A stretch of DNA of 63,094 bases, the filler included, from Octopus bimaculoides (Eukaryota): assembly GCF_001194135.2 (NCBI RefSeq). It is 6 parts of 6 records of this genome, joined end to end, with 100 filler letters (N's around TTAATTAATTAA, not from the genome) between each part and the next. Parts side by side here need not be neighbours in the genome. Positions count along the whole stretch, not along the records: positions 1 to 15,119 come from NC_068986.1; positions 15,220 to 27,159 come from NC_068989.1; 4 more parts are not named here. One strand, given 5' to 3'. Shown here piece by piece: positions 11,712 through 26,200 of this stretch (position 1 is its first letter; every line of letters starts with the position of its first letter). Position numbers and translations under genes: made by a program. The notes beneath the pieces are model-generated. The model worked only from the letters and a program-made list of their open reading frames with translations. It searched no databases and was not told where the DNA came from.

Positions 11712-13952
11712 AACACATGAGTGTATCTATTTCTGTGTTTATAAGCGTGTGTGTATTTGTGTATGTAAGAACTGCATGAAGCCGAATTAAATATTTGATG
11801 AAAATACTTGTTGAAGGAATTATGATGATAAATTGCATCCCTGATATTTCATTTCATGTAAATAACTGGAAACTGCTGTTCCCATTTATTTCTTTATAAC
11901 ATTTATTTCTTTATAAACTGCTGTTCCCATTGTCAGATCAACTAAGTCATAAAATTTCATAAACAACCATGTATAGCATTGATGCCTTGAATTATCCACC
12001 GAAATTGTATATAACAAAGAAAAGCTTTATATTTACAATTAATCTTCATTCAAAAATTATGCTTCGAAAATTAACCGTTTTAAAACGCCATTCTACAGAT
12101 GTTAATCCAATATAAAGCGGTTTCAAGACAATATTTTGCCTTGTGTTAATCAATACAAATGCAGTTACCAGTTTGCGATTTCGTTTATAAAATACGATTT
12201 TCCATCTTCTAAAGATTAAAATCCTGAAACTTCATACTAATTTCTCAACAGTTTTGTCTCTACCAAGATCTAACTAATACAGTTTTATGTTCGAACCCTA
12301 CCGAAGTTTATACTTCTGCTTCCATATTCAACAAGATTAGATACAAATTGTATTATTCATAGTGTTATACTGATTGAACGCTATATACTTAAAATTATCA
12401 TAAAAACTTTGTTTGCATATGCTGAAACGCATTTCCTCAGAAGATTTTGCAAAGCAACACATTTTAAATTTGTGATTTAGTATTATAGCTGTATGAAATA
12501 TACTTCCTTAGGTAAGACACTCAATACTTTGCGTCCTTTAAGGATATACGCTGCGAGAGAGACCACACAGGCAGCAAGCTTCTAACGCGTAGTAAGCATT
12601 CAAATTACCTCTTTGCGAGGCTTAAACTTGCGAGAGCAACTATTCGGAAAGACGTTTTACTGTAAAGGTGCATTTATAAAACATTCCACGATTTCTAGAA
12701 CATTTTTTAATCATTAAAAATATTCTAATTGTCGAATTGTTTGAAATATCACAATGGTTCGATAGAGAATAAAATTAGGATTTTGTTATATAACACTACG
12801 AATAGTGTATGTGATGTGATATAAATTCTAAATCAAAGACTAAGTTTATATCATATAATTATAATCATTCAGTTCGATGACGCAATAACATTATCAGCTA
12901 CGTAGCTTCAATATGTTATTTGATTTTATCGCCACTCGTCTAACATAAACAAATGGAAGAACAGCGCCGATATTAGATAGCCAGAAGAATGAGCTATTAC
13001 GGTTTATTTCAGTATGTATTTGTACACCTCATTCAATATCCTCTTATAGTCAATGATATTTAAATTCTCGTCAAAATGCTCACATTGTAATATTTATTTG
13101 GTACCCAAAGTCGTTTCAATTTCTATTTCAATCTTCATTTAATGAAGGAAAAGACGATTTATGTTTATTCTTCGCTTAATTGACTGAAAATTATTTCCAA
13201 AGCTCAGCAATCTATAGCAATTTATTCTTCTTAAACTATTCAGGCCTAAAATTGTTAGCTCACAAATTCCATCATCCATGTACAGAAATATACGAGAATT
13301 TTATTCAAGGAAACCTCAACAAGAAATATTTCTTGTGTCAAACATGGTATATAAATTTCGCTGAAGTAGATAAGTGTGGTTAAATTATCTAAACAATACG
13401 TTTGGTCAGTAGTGCTTACACACACATATGGATGGGTTGATGTTTGCTTGTGTGTATTTATATATATATATATATAGCATTAATAAAATAGGAGATGGAA
13501 TGTGTTATAGACTTTATTAAACAACACATGTTTCGACCCGTTCTGAGTTTCTTAGGTACATCAATAAAAATTCTCCCTAGAGATTTCCTGAGTCGGCTTA
13601 CGTACTGCTATATGTCCATTCCATCAAATTCGAGAATGAGTAAAATCAGAGAAAAATTATGGAAACGCAAAAGATTCTAGTTTAGAGAAAATGATGTAAT
13701 GAGGTTCCACTGGTGTAACTGTTAAGAGAAATAAAAAGAAGTAGAATTTGAAAGGAAGATAATACTTAGATGAAAGTTTTTTTTGTGTTCGTGCTTAGAC
13801 ACACATATATATGTACAGATATATATANNNNNNNNNNNNNNNNNNNNNNNNNNNNNNNNNNNNNNNNNNNNNNNNNNNNNNNNNNNNNNNNNNNNNNNNN
13901 NNNNNNNNNNNNNNNNNNNNNNNNNNNTATAATAATAATAATAATAATAATA

Positions 13953-14195
13953 AATACGCCCTTTTAAAGCCTAGCCAGGCCCATGAGCCTGGTTTCCCAG
14001 TTTCAATGGTGTATGTGTTTCCCAGATGAACTGGACGCCAAGTCCATCGCAGTGTTACTCATTTTTACCAGCTGAGTGGACTAGAGCAACGTAAAGTTAA
14101 GCGTCTTGCTCAAGAACACAACGCGTCGCCCGGTCGAAACCACAATCTTGCGATCATGATGCTGACACCCTAACCACTAAGTCACGCGCTTCCAC
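13953..14195 (-). mobile_element. tRNA-derived SINE with V-domain-like core and (ATT)n tail
   Basis: Reverse complement starts gtggaagcgcgtgacttagtggttagggtgtcagc (tRNA-like A box) and contains gcgatggactttggcgtcc. Homologous to 46564-46807. Confidence 0.75.
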
Positions 14196-14211
14196 ATATA
14201 TATATGCGCGC

Positions 14212-14265
<54 letters not shown>

Positions 14266-15937
14266 TTAAATATATATGTATGTATGTGTGTCGGTGTTTG
14301 CTTGTGAAAAGTTTAAAAAACAGCTGCTTAATCCAGAAGTATCTTCCAGTTAGAGGATACCACACTTTCCTCTATGAGGCAGAAGTCACAGCAACGCTTC
14401 AAGATGACGTAACTGAAAAGAGAATTAACATAGTTTTATGCGAAGGTTATTTTAACAGATTTATGGAAGTCACCAGCTATTCTAATACATCAACAAAGTA
14501 AAGCCACTAAGTTGGCGTTTGAAGTCCAACTGCACACCATCTACAATCAAATGGAGAATTATGGAGAATTATAGAGAAGTCTATGCGATATATAAATGGA
14601 CCTTAGAGATGCAACTGATGGGTGACTGAAAGATCGTACATTTTTTTAGATCCAAGTATTCCATCACACTACTTAATTTCAGATCTGAAATTTTCAGTAA
14701 ATGCAAATATATGGACAAATTTCTTTTGACGAACTGGAGGACACCTACCTCTACGGATTGAGTAGCTATCTCGCAAACTTTGAACTCCTTTCTGTTGAAT
14801 TATTCTGTTCAATTATGTTTTCTATGATAAAAGGGGGCATAACTCTAATTTTCTTTTCTTTCAGATCATCCGTTTTTATTCACCCTTTGTCTTCTCATTT
14901 GACTTTAGGCATCCACCTTCTCATTTTTTTCTCGTGCACCAGTGTCCTGTTTTCAAATCGAACAAACGATGTAACCAGAACCTTGAGATGGCTTGGAAAC
15001 ACAAAGCACGTTATAAAAATTACGTATTATTAGTAGCTCTTGTTTTAATACAGTGTACATTAAACGTTTTATATATATATATATATATATAAAAGATAAT
15101 AAGAGTGAAAAAACTACAGNNNNNNNNNNNNNNNNNNNNNNNNNNNNNNNNNNNNNNNNNNNNTTAATTAATTAANNNNNNNNNNNNNNNNNNNNNNNNN
15201 NNNNNNNNNNNNNNNNNNNATATATATATATATATATATATATATACACGTAAATGTCGAATAATGTGAATAAGTGCTCAATACCGCATTAGTGGATAAA
15301 ATTTCTTTGTGTATTAAGGCTACCATTAGTTTCATGTTAAGAAAAATATCTTAATATCTTAACAGTTTTCCAGCCTATGACATGGATTAAATATATAAAA
15401 TATATAGAAGATATTGTGTCTGTCTATTCGTTAGACGTGCATGGATATTGCTGACAGGTAACCAAAGCCCTTACAAGGGTTTGAAGTCAAGTGCAGCTTG
15501 CATAAAACCAGAACAGCTCTCACAAGCAATACTAAGAAGCCTAGAGACAAGCAAAGTGTAAGATATCTGTCCCAGTAAAGTAACGGATTTTATAGACGAG
15601 TTACACTTCTCATAAAGGGGTCCTTCACTCTCAGTGGGCGTACTGTGCCCTCGGACCCCAGCCCGAGTATTTCTACGTCCCGTCGTTCATATGCCGGGAC
15701 CCTGACAGGTGTTACGACTCTGGGTAGGAGTAGACTTGGGACAAAATAATGGCTAAGAGGTGATTCCACACTTCTTAAATCCCTGGACCTTCTGAACCAG
15801 AGCACCGCTTTGGTTCATAGTCAGGAATGCATACATACATATATACATACATACATACATACCTGCATACATACACATATACGAATACACACACACGCTC
15901 GCACGCTCGCACACAAACGTACGTACGCACAAACGCG

Positions 15938-15968
<31 letters not shown>

Positions 15969-16290
15969 NNNNNNNNNNNNNNNNCACACACCATAAGTTT
16001 CAAAATTAGAACAGAGACGAAACAGAGGAACAAACGGAAAATTCACACGCAGGACAAGACGTTACTACTCCTCATCAGTTATCGTGCAAAAGATATTTAC
16101 TATTTTACGCCTTTAACGACAATGTTGTTCACTTTTGTGGCGTCAGCGGCGAGAAGCTGCTAAGAATAGGGAACGAGCAAGGTACAGTGGCGGAAACAAA
16201 CACAAAATGTGAACATACAAAATAATACCCCCCCCCCCACATATGCCTATACATGTATATATGCATATTTATATATACATATATGTATAA

Positions 16291-18380
16291 TAGGGTGTAT
16301 CAATTTTGGGGAGTAAGCAGGAAAATTCATAATCTTTAATTTTGGTAGTAATTTATTGTTGCCTTTTAGCATATAAAACGAAATTCTGGAAAGAAAAACA
16401 ATTTTAAATATCTCTTATGAGTTTGAAATTTATGTCTTGAGAATTTTGAGCATAATTACTTTTCGCCAGCATCTTCCTGTTTCAAGTTTCACGTATACTA
16501 TAATACATTCCAATATACTATTTGAAAGTAGTGAAAGCCTTCACATCCTTCTTCCTGTTGTTTCTTTTCATCAGTTGCCGGCTGACTGCTTGTGCTTTGA
16601 TGTAATCCTCTCGCTTCTCCTGACTGTAAACATGACTCTCAGCTTCAGTGACCATTTTAACACACCTCTGTTTTGATACTATCATTGGTGTGTCTTTAAA
16701 GTTTTTGAGATTCTTACTAGTTAAGGATGTTGTCAATGGTGGTTCCAAGGCCTCAGAACTCAAATCAGCCAAAACAGACATCTTGGTAGCATTGACATTT
16801 AATTGTGCAACTTTTTTTTGACTAAATGAGCAGTCTCCCAACTGGTCATCTTCAAATGGGATACTTCTAATTCTTAGAATGGTTTCTATTGCTTCAGTAC
16901 GAAGATTTCAACATTGGCTGGAAATTATTGCTTGCAACACTGCTTCTGATCGAGCATACCATGCGGACCTCCTCACCACAGGTAACACGATATCCTTCAC
17001 CAACTTATTTTGTGTTCTTACAAGCTGCAATTGAAACAAAAGGTAATTGGGACCATCGACCCGTTTCGGATTGAACTTGACGTTAAACCAGCTGGGAAGA
17101 TAGACACCAACTCTAAATTCAACAATTAATCTCCAATTTTTCAGAACCTTTCCCTTCAATTGCTGTCTGGAAATCCAAATCCCCTTGAAGCGCAGAGCTG
17201 TAGTTAACCAACGGTTGTGACTAACAGGTCCAATCTCCAAGTAAGCCGATGACTGAGATACGTCACCTGATCTATTTGCTTGAACGAAGCACAGGACTGG
17301 TCTGTGCTGAGGTCTTTGACAATTTCGTCTGGCAACACTGGAATAGGAGGGCCTACTTCAATCTTTGGAAAGTTTGCATTTATTTCTAGTGTTGCTTCAT
17401 CCAACATGTTGTCAAGAGGACCTGACCACTTATTATTTCATTTTGTAGAACCATCAATTTCCTGGATGAGGTGACGAAGAGGTAGCTCACCTGTATGCAA
17501 ATCAAATACAATCCAAATAAGTCTTCTTTCAAGTTTTTTTCTCTAAATTACTCATTACACCCCCCTTCCAGCCAGTATTCACTGCTGTTGAATCTCCGCT
17601 AATTGCCAGCACTAAATTTTCAAGCCTTTTGCCTTGAAGCCAACATAAAATATTATCAGCAATTACCTCTGCATGTCATTTCTCTTCCACTTCAACTTCA
17701 GGTGTAAAATGAAACAAAAGCTTACCACCAGGCTCAGACAGTGTAGTGTTCTTCTTTGATTTACGTAGGAAAAACTCTGGTAGTTCCATCTACTTCAACC
17801 ATAACTTTGGTTTCATCTATTCTCCCATCAAACAAAAGAAAGGAGAAGCCTCCTTTTAATTCTTTTTCTTAATGATCAGATATCTCACTCATTACTTTTT
17901 CTTACGCTCCGAATCTTCTTGACTGATGAGGCCTGCATTTATCCAAGGAACAGTTGTGATTTCAGCAGCATCACGGAGTCCAGTAATGCTGACGAATACT
18001 AGCTAATGCAATGTTTGAAATGTCTCTTGTATTGTATTTCCCTCTCTTTGGTATGGCTTCAGAAGATTCTTTAGAATTTTCATCTGACATTACTTCATTT
18101 CCTTCAGAAGAACTATCAACCAACTGATAAACATCATGGCAGTACTGTTCTTCTCTTTTGCATGGCTTCACTCTTCATTCTCTTATTTTCTTCCCCCTCT
18201 CTGACATAGCCTTTCCTTTCCTCAGTAGAAATCTGTCTCTTACTTTCTTTATAATCAGTTGAATCCCATTTGCATATTGCATTGGCCTCCTGCCTTTGTC
18301 CTCAGTGAGCTTATAGAATCTAGCTCTAGAAAGAGTATCTTCTTTTCACGAGGGCAACAACAGCCAATGTGGGAATGATT
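16291..18380 (-). mobile_element. Decayed hAT-related DNA transposon (hATm-like), one terminus preserved
   Basis: Minus-strand motifs LFDGRIDET, GDSTAVNTGWKGG, LHTGELPLRHL, LSTDQ, HNRWLTTA, EPPLT and RCVKMVTEA. Terminus TAGGGTGTATC at 16291. The subgroup is assigned from my recall of the motifs. Confidence 0.72.
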
Positions 18381-18384
18381 TCCT

Positions 18385-18570
18385 CTCTTACAGATGTTGG
18401 TGTGTTTACGTCCCCGTGACTTAACGGTTCGGCCAAAGAGACCGATAAAATAAGTACAAGGCTTACAATGAATAAGTCCTGGAGTCGATATGTTCCACTA
18501 AAACCCTTTAAGGCGGTGCTCCAGCATGACCGCAGTCAGATGACTGAAACAAGTACAAGCATAAAAGAAT
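18385..18570 (+). mobile_element. SINE 3' half (family related to 42050, 54140 and 24270 copies)
   Basis: gttggtgtgtttacgtccccgtgacttaacggttcggc...aaggcggtgctccagcatgaccgcagtc...tgactgaaacaagta; the same block occurs in other copies in this window. Confidence 0.6.
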
Positions 18571-18926
18571 GAAAGAATACATACATACATACATACATAT
18601 ACAAACACCGTCCCACCCATAACCACCAGTACACAACCACCACTGCCACCATCACCACTATGATAAACAAATACCAACCTCCCTACCACCCGTTTACCGC
18701 ACGGGCCCCTATTTCGCTCTGTTGCCTTGAATCCTCTAAATCTTGTGCAGTCAGCTGCAGTAACAGTCCTGAAACTATAAGAATGAATGAATAAATGAAT
18801 AAAATAAATAAATAAATAAATAAATAAATAACAGTTGCTTCTCTTCCTTGCTTCCTTAGAATAACATCTGCTTACCTTTCAACAGCAGTTATATATATAT
18901 ATATATATACATACACACACACACAC

Positions 18927-18973
<47 letters not shown>

Positions 18974-19612
18974 NNNNNNNNNNNNNNNNNNNNNNNNNNN
19001 NNNNNNNNNNNNNNNNNNNNNNNNNNNNNNNNNNNNNNNNNNNNNNNNNNNNNNNNNNNNNNNNNNNNNNNNNNNNNNNNNNNNNNNNNNNNNNNNNNNN
19101 NNNNNNNNNNNNNNNNNNNNNNNNNNNNNNNNNNNNNNNNNNNNNNNNNNNNNNNNNNNNNNNNNNNNNNNNNNNNNNNNNNNNNNNNNNNNNNNNNNNN
19201 NNNNNNNNNNNNNNNNNNNNNNNNNNNNNNNNNNNNNNNNNNNNNNNNNNNNNNNNNNNNNNNNNNNNNNNNNNNNNNNNNNNNNNNNNNNNNNNNNNNN
19301 NNNNNNNNNNNNNNNNNNNNNNNNNNNNNNNNNNNNNNNNNNNNNNNNNNNNNNNNNNNNNNNNNNNNNNNNNNNNNNNNNNNNNNNNNNNNNNNNNNNN
19401 NNNNNNNNNNNNNNNNNNNNNNNNNNNNNNNNNNNNNNNNNNNNNNNNNNNNNNNNNNNNNNNNNNNNNNNNNNNNNNNNNNNNNNNNNNNNNNNNNNNN
19501 NNNNNNNNNNNNNNNNNNNNNNNNNNNNNNNNNNNNNNNNNNNNNNNNNNNNNNNNNNNNNNNNNNNNNNNNNNNNNNNNNNNNNNNNNNNNNNNNNNNN
19601 NNNNNNNNNNNN

Positions 19613-19678
<66 letters not shown>

Positions 19679-20595
19679 TGATATGAACCATGTTCTATGT
19701 GTATTGTGTGATGTGTGAAATGTGGCGTGTCTGTGTATGTGTTTGTCATGTGCATGATGTATGGGTGTGATATGCATGTAACATTCGAGATACATTATGT
19801 GTGTGTTATGTGATATATGTATGTGTGTATGTATGTATGTATGTGATGTGTTTGGTATGTGTGACGCGTGTGATATACAAGATGTGTAATAAAACTTTGT
19901 CTGTGTATGTGCGTGTGTGCGCGCGCTCGTGTGTATGGAGTGTGTATTATGTTATCTGTCTGCAATATGTGTGGCAATGGCGTTGTGTAATGTAAATTTT
20001 ATGTAACGTGTGTAATATTTGTTATGATTAATTTGCGTGATATGTACGTGATATATGCCTGATGTATGTGATATGCGACATGTATATCGTACGTAATGTG
20101 ATGTGCGCGATAATTGATTTGTGTGTTATATGTGTGATATATATCTGATGTGTGTGAGTGGTATGGCATGTGTGATACGTGCGCGATATGTGTGATGTTT
20201 TTGGTGCGTGAGATTTGTGCAGTATACGAGATGTATTATGCGTATTATAGGATGCGTGTGATGGTATAATGTATCTTATATGCGATATAGGTGTGGTATG
20301 TGTGATGTGTATGATACGCGAGACGTATAGTGATGTGAATAATGAATATTTATCGTGATATGTGTGTGATATATATCTGAAGTGTCAGTGGTGCGGTATA
20401 TATAATATTTTAAATGTGTGTGGTACATATGTGATATGCGTGAAATACATCATGGGAATGTGAGTTATTTGTGAACTTTATGCGTTTTCATGGTGTGTAT
20501 GTGGTATGCGTTTTGCATATTATATGTGACGCGTGTAATATGTGTTACATATGATATGTGACATGTAATGTACGGTGCGTGACATACGTGTGATG
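19613..20595. repeat. ~1-kb degenerate TG/TA-rich satellite-like tract
   Basis: Continuous imperfect gtgtgatatat/gtgtgatgtgt units grading out of a (TG)n microsatellite. Confidence 0.7.
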
Positions 20596-20605
20596 ATTGA
20601 TGTGC

Positions 20606-20766
20606 AAGGCGTCGAGCTTGCAGAATCTCTAACACGTCGGGCAAAATGCTTACCGGCATTTTGTCCGAATTTACTTTCTGAGTTCAAACTCTGCAGAAGT
20701 CGACTATCTTTTCTGGGTCGATAACATAAGTACCAGTTCATTACTGGGGTCGATGTAATCGACTAG
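20606..20766 (+). mobile_element. Nin-domain SINE (3' truncated at AAT tract)
   Basis: aggcgtcgagcttgcagaatc head, ttctgagttcaaa, gggtcgataacataagtaccagt. Confidence 0.75.
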
Positions 20767-20768
20767 CT

Positions 20769-20845
<77 letters not shown>

Positions 20846-21630
20846 GACCAGAGCCTCCCCACCAGAAATTACCAAAAACACACAATGAAAAGAAATATAA
20901 CAAGTAACTGTAGAATATGTGGAGATGGACAAGAAACAATAAATCATATTATCTCTGGCTGCCCAGTCCTGGCTAAGAAGGAATATATTCACAGACACGA
21001 CAGAGCTGGGACCTATATACACTGGAAGCTATGCCAACACTATGGAATAACAACAGAAAAAAGATGGTATAAACACACGCCAGAAAAGGTCACAGNNNNN
21101 NNNNNNNNNNNNNNNNNNNNNNNNNNNNNNNNNNNNNNNNNNNNNNNNNNNNNNNNNNNNNNNNNNNNNNNNNNNNNNNNNNNNNNNNNNNNNNNNNNNN
21201 NNNNNNNNNNNNNNNNNNNNNNNNNNNNNNNNNNNNNNNNNNNNNNNNNNNNNNNNNNNNNNNNNNNNNNNNNNNNNNNNNNNNNNNNNNNNNNNNNNNN
21301 NNNNNNNNNNNNNNNNNNNNNNNNNNNNNNNNNNNNNNNNNNNNNNNNNNNNNNNNNNNNNNNNNNNNNNNNNNNNNNNNNNNNNNNNNNNNNNNNNNNN
21401 NNNNNNNNNNNNNNNNNNNNNNNNNNNNNNNNNNNNNNNNNNNNNNNNNNNNNNNNNNNNNNNATAACATACAGAAAATTGCACTACTGGGTACTGCACA
21501 CATTCTACGCAAAACACTTTCAATACAATAAACATAAGAGCACCACAGCAAACCACAGCACATACCCAAGGCGCACAGAGCTGCGCTCGGTAGTGAAGTG
21601 AAAGCACGTTATAAAAATAAAACTACTGAA
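20846..21630 (+). mobile_element. 5'-truncated R4/Dong-type retrotransposon in (TAA)n
   Basis: QSLPTRNY...CRICGDGQETINHIISGCPVLAKKEYIHRHD (CCHC knuckle), then a gap, then QKIALLGTAHILRKTLSIQ* and a 3' UTR. Pure (AAT)n on both sides. Confidence 0.9.
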
Positions 21631-21631
21631 C

Positions 21632-21727
<96 letters not shown>

Positions 21728-21746
21728 ACGAAAAAGAAGGATTATG

Positions 21747-21786
<40 letters not shown>

Positions 21787-21787
21787 T

Positions 21788-22325
21788 ACCCTGATGTAGT
21801 ACCAGGCAGTGGATCTCATGACTTCTGATCTTAACTGATTGGAAATATCATCATGTACATGTTTTTATTGTTGTGATAAGACGGCTACAGCAAATATTGT
21901 GCTCAATTCCACTGACTTGCTTGTCAGTTTGCTTGACCTAAACCAGTTGAGCATGTCCCTTGGTGCCTGACAATGTGTGCATCTCTGATCACGAGGAGGA
22001 GTAGCGGATGGGGGCATTGTAGCCATGTGTCTAGAGGAATTCTTTGGGGCTTGAATAATTTACCTTTGGAAACATGGGTGTTTTACTCAACATCCTTAAA
22101 CAACCTCCATTCAAGGACCTTTTGAGCGAGATGGGCTACTCAACTTGAAGAAAGTTCTAACCTGGCCCCAATTGCGCGGTTATGCTCTGTTTATCTTGAT
22201 ATGAGATCAACATGTCACGCACATGTGGTTGTGATTCATGTGCCTGGTGCACTCCTATTAGACAGGTAGACATGATAGGTATATGGGCTTGGTATATTTG
22301 TATCCCAGTGTCACTCTCTCACTCA
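21788..22325. mobile_element. Unclassified ~540-bp non-coding interspersed element embedded in (TAA)n, copy 1
   Basis: Aligns along its length with 26201-26712 and in part with 42680-42875 (opposite strand). AAT tracts on both sides. No clear ORF. Confidence 0.8.
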
Positions 22326-22349
22326 ATGATAATAATAGTAATAATAATG

Positions 22350-22407
<58 letters not shown>

Positions 22408-22424
22408 TAATAATGATAATAATG

Positions 22425-22470
<46 letters not shown>

Positions 22471-22535
22471 TGATGATGATGATGATAATAATAATAATAA
22501 TAATAATAATGATGATGATGATGATGATGATGATG

Positions 22536-22581
<46 letters not shown>
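22326..22581. repeat. Compound (AAT)n/(GAT)n microsatellite
   Basis: Read directly from the sequence. Confidence 0.95.
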
Positions 22582-22582
<1 letters not shown>

Positions 22583-22876
22583 GATTTCTTTCATTTGCCA
22601 CTAGGGCAAAAGATGAGGGGAACAATACAAAGACGGATATCAAGTTTGGGAATTTACATATAATGAAATGGGAAGGAAAAAATATATATAAATCTATAGA
22701 AAATATACTCAGTGTACAATAAGACAGAGAAGGGAAGCATGCATAGTATACTATAGTAAAAATAAAATTAAAAAAGTAAAAATAAAAATAATAATGATCG
22801 GCATCATCATCATCGTCATCATGCCTTGTAATCAATGAAACAATATCATTAGAAGTAATCGTCATCATCATCAACG

Positions 22877-22950
<74 letters not shown>

Positions 22951-24036
22951 GTTATTATTATAAAATCGCGAGTCTGTTTACTTTTCTTGTTTATATTCTA
23001 TTCCAGGAAGAAAAATTCTTTAAAACAGAAGCATGTCAAAATAAGCCGAAACGAAATATATTTATTCTCTTCAAGCAGAATGATTTGCTAGATAACAAGA
23101 TTACGCAGATGAATAAAGATTGTTCGAAAAGTCAACCCACATCCACCCTAGATACAACACAAGCCTTTTCTTTTTAGGAGGCTGGACACAAAAATTAGAA
23201 ATATGTCGAGGTTTATTGAGGTGTATGTCGCATTCTGTTGAAATATAGCCCCTCATAAAAATTCCTGCTATTTAATCGAGGGCAAGTCTCCGAGTAAAAA
23301 CNNNNNNNNNNAACGAAAGCGATTATAATCCCTTCGGCTTGTAAGGAACGCTTTTCATTTCAAAATCTATTTTTACCATATATTACCACGACGACGACGA
23401 TGATGAACCCTTCCTCCATCATCATCCTCATCATCATCACTATCACCACCATCACCACCATCACTTGGAACTTGGTAGTCTTGAACGGAGTAAATGCACT
23501 TTGCTAGCATTGGAACAAGATCATTTTAGATTCGAGAAAATCACGATCGACTTGCAATGAAAGCCATGACTCGTGGAATTTTACCTTTTCTTTCCGTAGC
23601 TATTCTGAAAAACCGTGTTAAAGATCATGGACGCTAACTTCTGTCATTTGATTAAGTATTAAACAGCATTTTCAAACATATTTTGAGCCTAAAAAATGTC
23701 CTAATAGTGAAATAGAAAGCCATTCTAAGCCTCATAAAAAAAAAAAAATTGAATTGAGAATTAAAGAATTAGTAATATATTGTCCAATATATCCAATACT
23801 TGGAAATCATGATGATTCTTTACAACTATAACAACCGAGTTAGTCCCCCCCCCCAAAAAAAAAGTGGGAATACCAAGCGTTATCCGAGACCTCATCTTAA
23901 AAACCTTTGGGTTGAAGGTCAATTGTTAATTCAACTACTTTCTGCTCTTTACTATACACACATCCATATATGTTAGGATCACGTGATGCTAACACCATTT
24001 GGGAAATGCTAATGATATCTTTTCTATATTATACAA

Positions 24037-24257
24037 ATAATGGTTCCAACTTTTGGCTTAAGGCCAGCAATATTAGCGGTGGGGGCGGCGTGTAAGTCGA
24101 TTACATCAATACGAATGTTTGATTAGTACCTTACTCATACAAGAAGGATGAAAGCGTAAAGTTGAGTTCGGTGGGATTTGAACTCGGAACGTAAAGAGGT
24201 GGAAGAAATATCGGTAAATATTTACTCTGACACACTAACGATTCGGTACCTTACTGC
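24037..24257 (-). mobile_element. Nin-domain SINE, decayed
   Basis: Plus strand has ttttggcttaaggccagcaa...aaggatgaaagcgtaaagttgagttcggtgggatttgaactcggaacgtaaag. Confidence 0.72.
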
Positions 24258-24269
24258 TTTATTTTTTTT

Positions 24270-24445
24270 TACTTGTTTCTGTCATTGAATTGCAGCCATC
24301 CTGGTGCCCTGCCTTGAAGGAGTTTTAGTCTAACGAATCGGCCGCAGTACATGTAATTTTAAAACTTGGTACTGATTTAATCGATCTTCCAAGGCGAACC
24401 GAGACGTTACGGGGACATAAACGGACTAACTCCAATTCTCAAGTA
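24270..24445 (-). mobile_element. SINE 3' half (same family as 18385)
   Basis: acttgtttctgtcattgaattgcagccatcctggtgccctgccttgaagg...gacgttacggggacataaacggac is the reverse complement of the family block. Confidence 0.6.
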
Positions 24446-24483
24446 GTGATGGTGAGCAAAAACAAACATAATGACATGCACAC

Positions 24484-24535
<52 letters not shown>

Positions 24536-24985
24536 CCTACCTACCTACCTACCTACCTACCTACCTACCTACCTANNNNNNNNNNNNNNNNNNNNNNNNN
24601 NNNNNNNNNNNNNNNNNNNNNNNNNNNNNNNNNNNNNNNNNNNNNNNNNNNNNNNNNNNNNNNNNNNNNNNNNNNNNNNNNNNNNNNNNNNNNNNNNNNN
24701 NNNNNNNNNNNNNNNNNNNNNNNNNNNNNNNNNNNNNNNNNNNNNNNNNNNNNNNNNNNNNNNNNNNNNNNNNNNNNNNNNNNNNNNNNNNNNNNNNNNN
24801 NNNNNNNNNNNNNNNNNNNNNNNNNNNNNNNNNNNNNNNNNNNNNNNNNNNNNNNNNNNNNNNNNNNNNNNNNNNNNNNNNNNNNNNNNNNNNNNNNNNN
24901 NNNNNNNNNNNNNNNNNNNNNNNNNNNNNNNNNNNNNNNNNNNNNNNNNNNNNNNNNNNNNNNNNNNNNNNNNNNNNNNNNNNNA

Positions 24986-25017
<32 letters not shown>

Positions 25018-25337
25018 CGTCCACAAGTATAGACCAAATACACTCAACGTATACGTAAAATCACACACGTGTACATTCCGGCATGCAGTTCACGCTCCAC
25101 TGTTGGCTCAAGATCCAACACAGGGGAAGGTTCCGGGTGTGGTGTAGTATAAATATTAGCTTAAATGCGCTGGGGTTCACTACACTTGTTTCAGACGTGT
25201 TTTTTATTGATGAACAAATCAATTACATCATGTAAAAGAAACCGTTTTTTTTTTACATGACGTATTTTAACATTAAAGATCTTTCACACAAGTAGTACAG
25301 GATGTATATTGACTCTCTCATTTCGGTGCTGATTGAG

Positions 25338-25374
<37 letters not shown>

Positions 25375-25909
25375 NNNNNNNNNNNNNNNNNNNNNNNNNN
25401 NNNNNNNNNNNNNNNNNNNNNNNNNNNNNNNNNNNNNNNNNNNNNNNNNNNNNNNNNNNNNNNNNNNNNNNNNNNNNNNNNNNNNNNNNNNNNNNNNNNN
25501 NNNNNNNNNNNNNNNNNATATAATATTACATTTGTATATATGTGTTTGTTTCTGAAAGTGTAAATGTGTGTACGTTTTTGTATGTTTGCTTTTTGCGTTG
25601 CTGAGTTGGAACCTCAGATCAAACGCTAATGTCACTTGCACATATATAAAACACTTCAAATATAGAGTTTAACATATTGCACACACATAGAGACACTCTC
25701 CCACGCACACAAGAATTCACGAACCCATTCACAAATCACGTCAGAATTTCTAATTGTTTTTCCTCTTCAAAAATGTTATAAAATATGTCATACCTCTTGT
25801 TACTATAAGCTGTGTAATTTATAAAATATTTTATAAGTTTAATTTTAATTTTACTATTCATGCAGCTGACATTTCTGCTTTAACCAATCTACCAATATGC
25901 CATTCCTGC

Positions 25910-26200
<291 letters not shown>

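Noticed and set aside
14988-15054. Possible first coding exon MAWKHKARYKNYVLLVALVLIQ ending in phase 1
   Set aside because: Weak donor (GTACAT), overlaps a motif resembling a retroelement 3' end, and lies ~39 kb from the supported exons.
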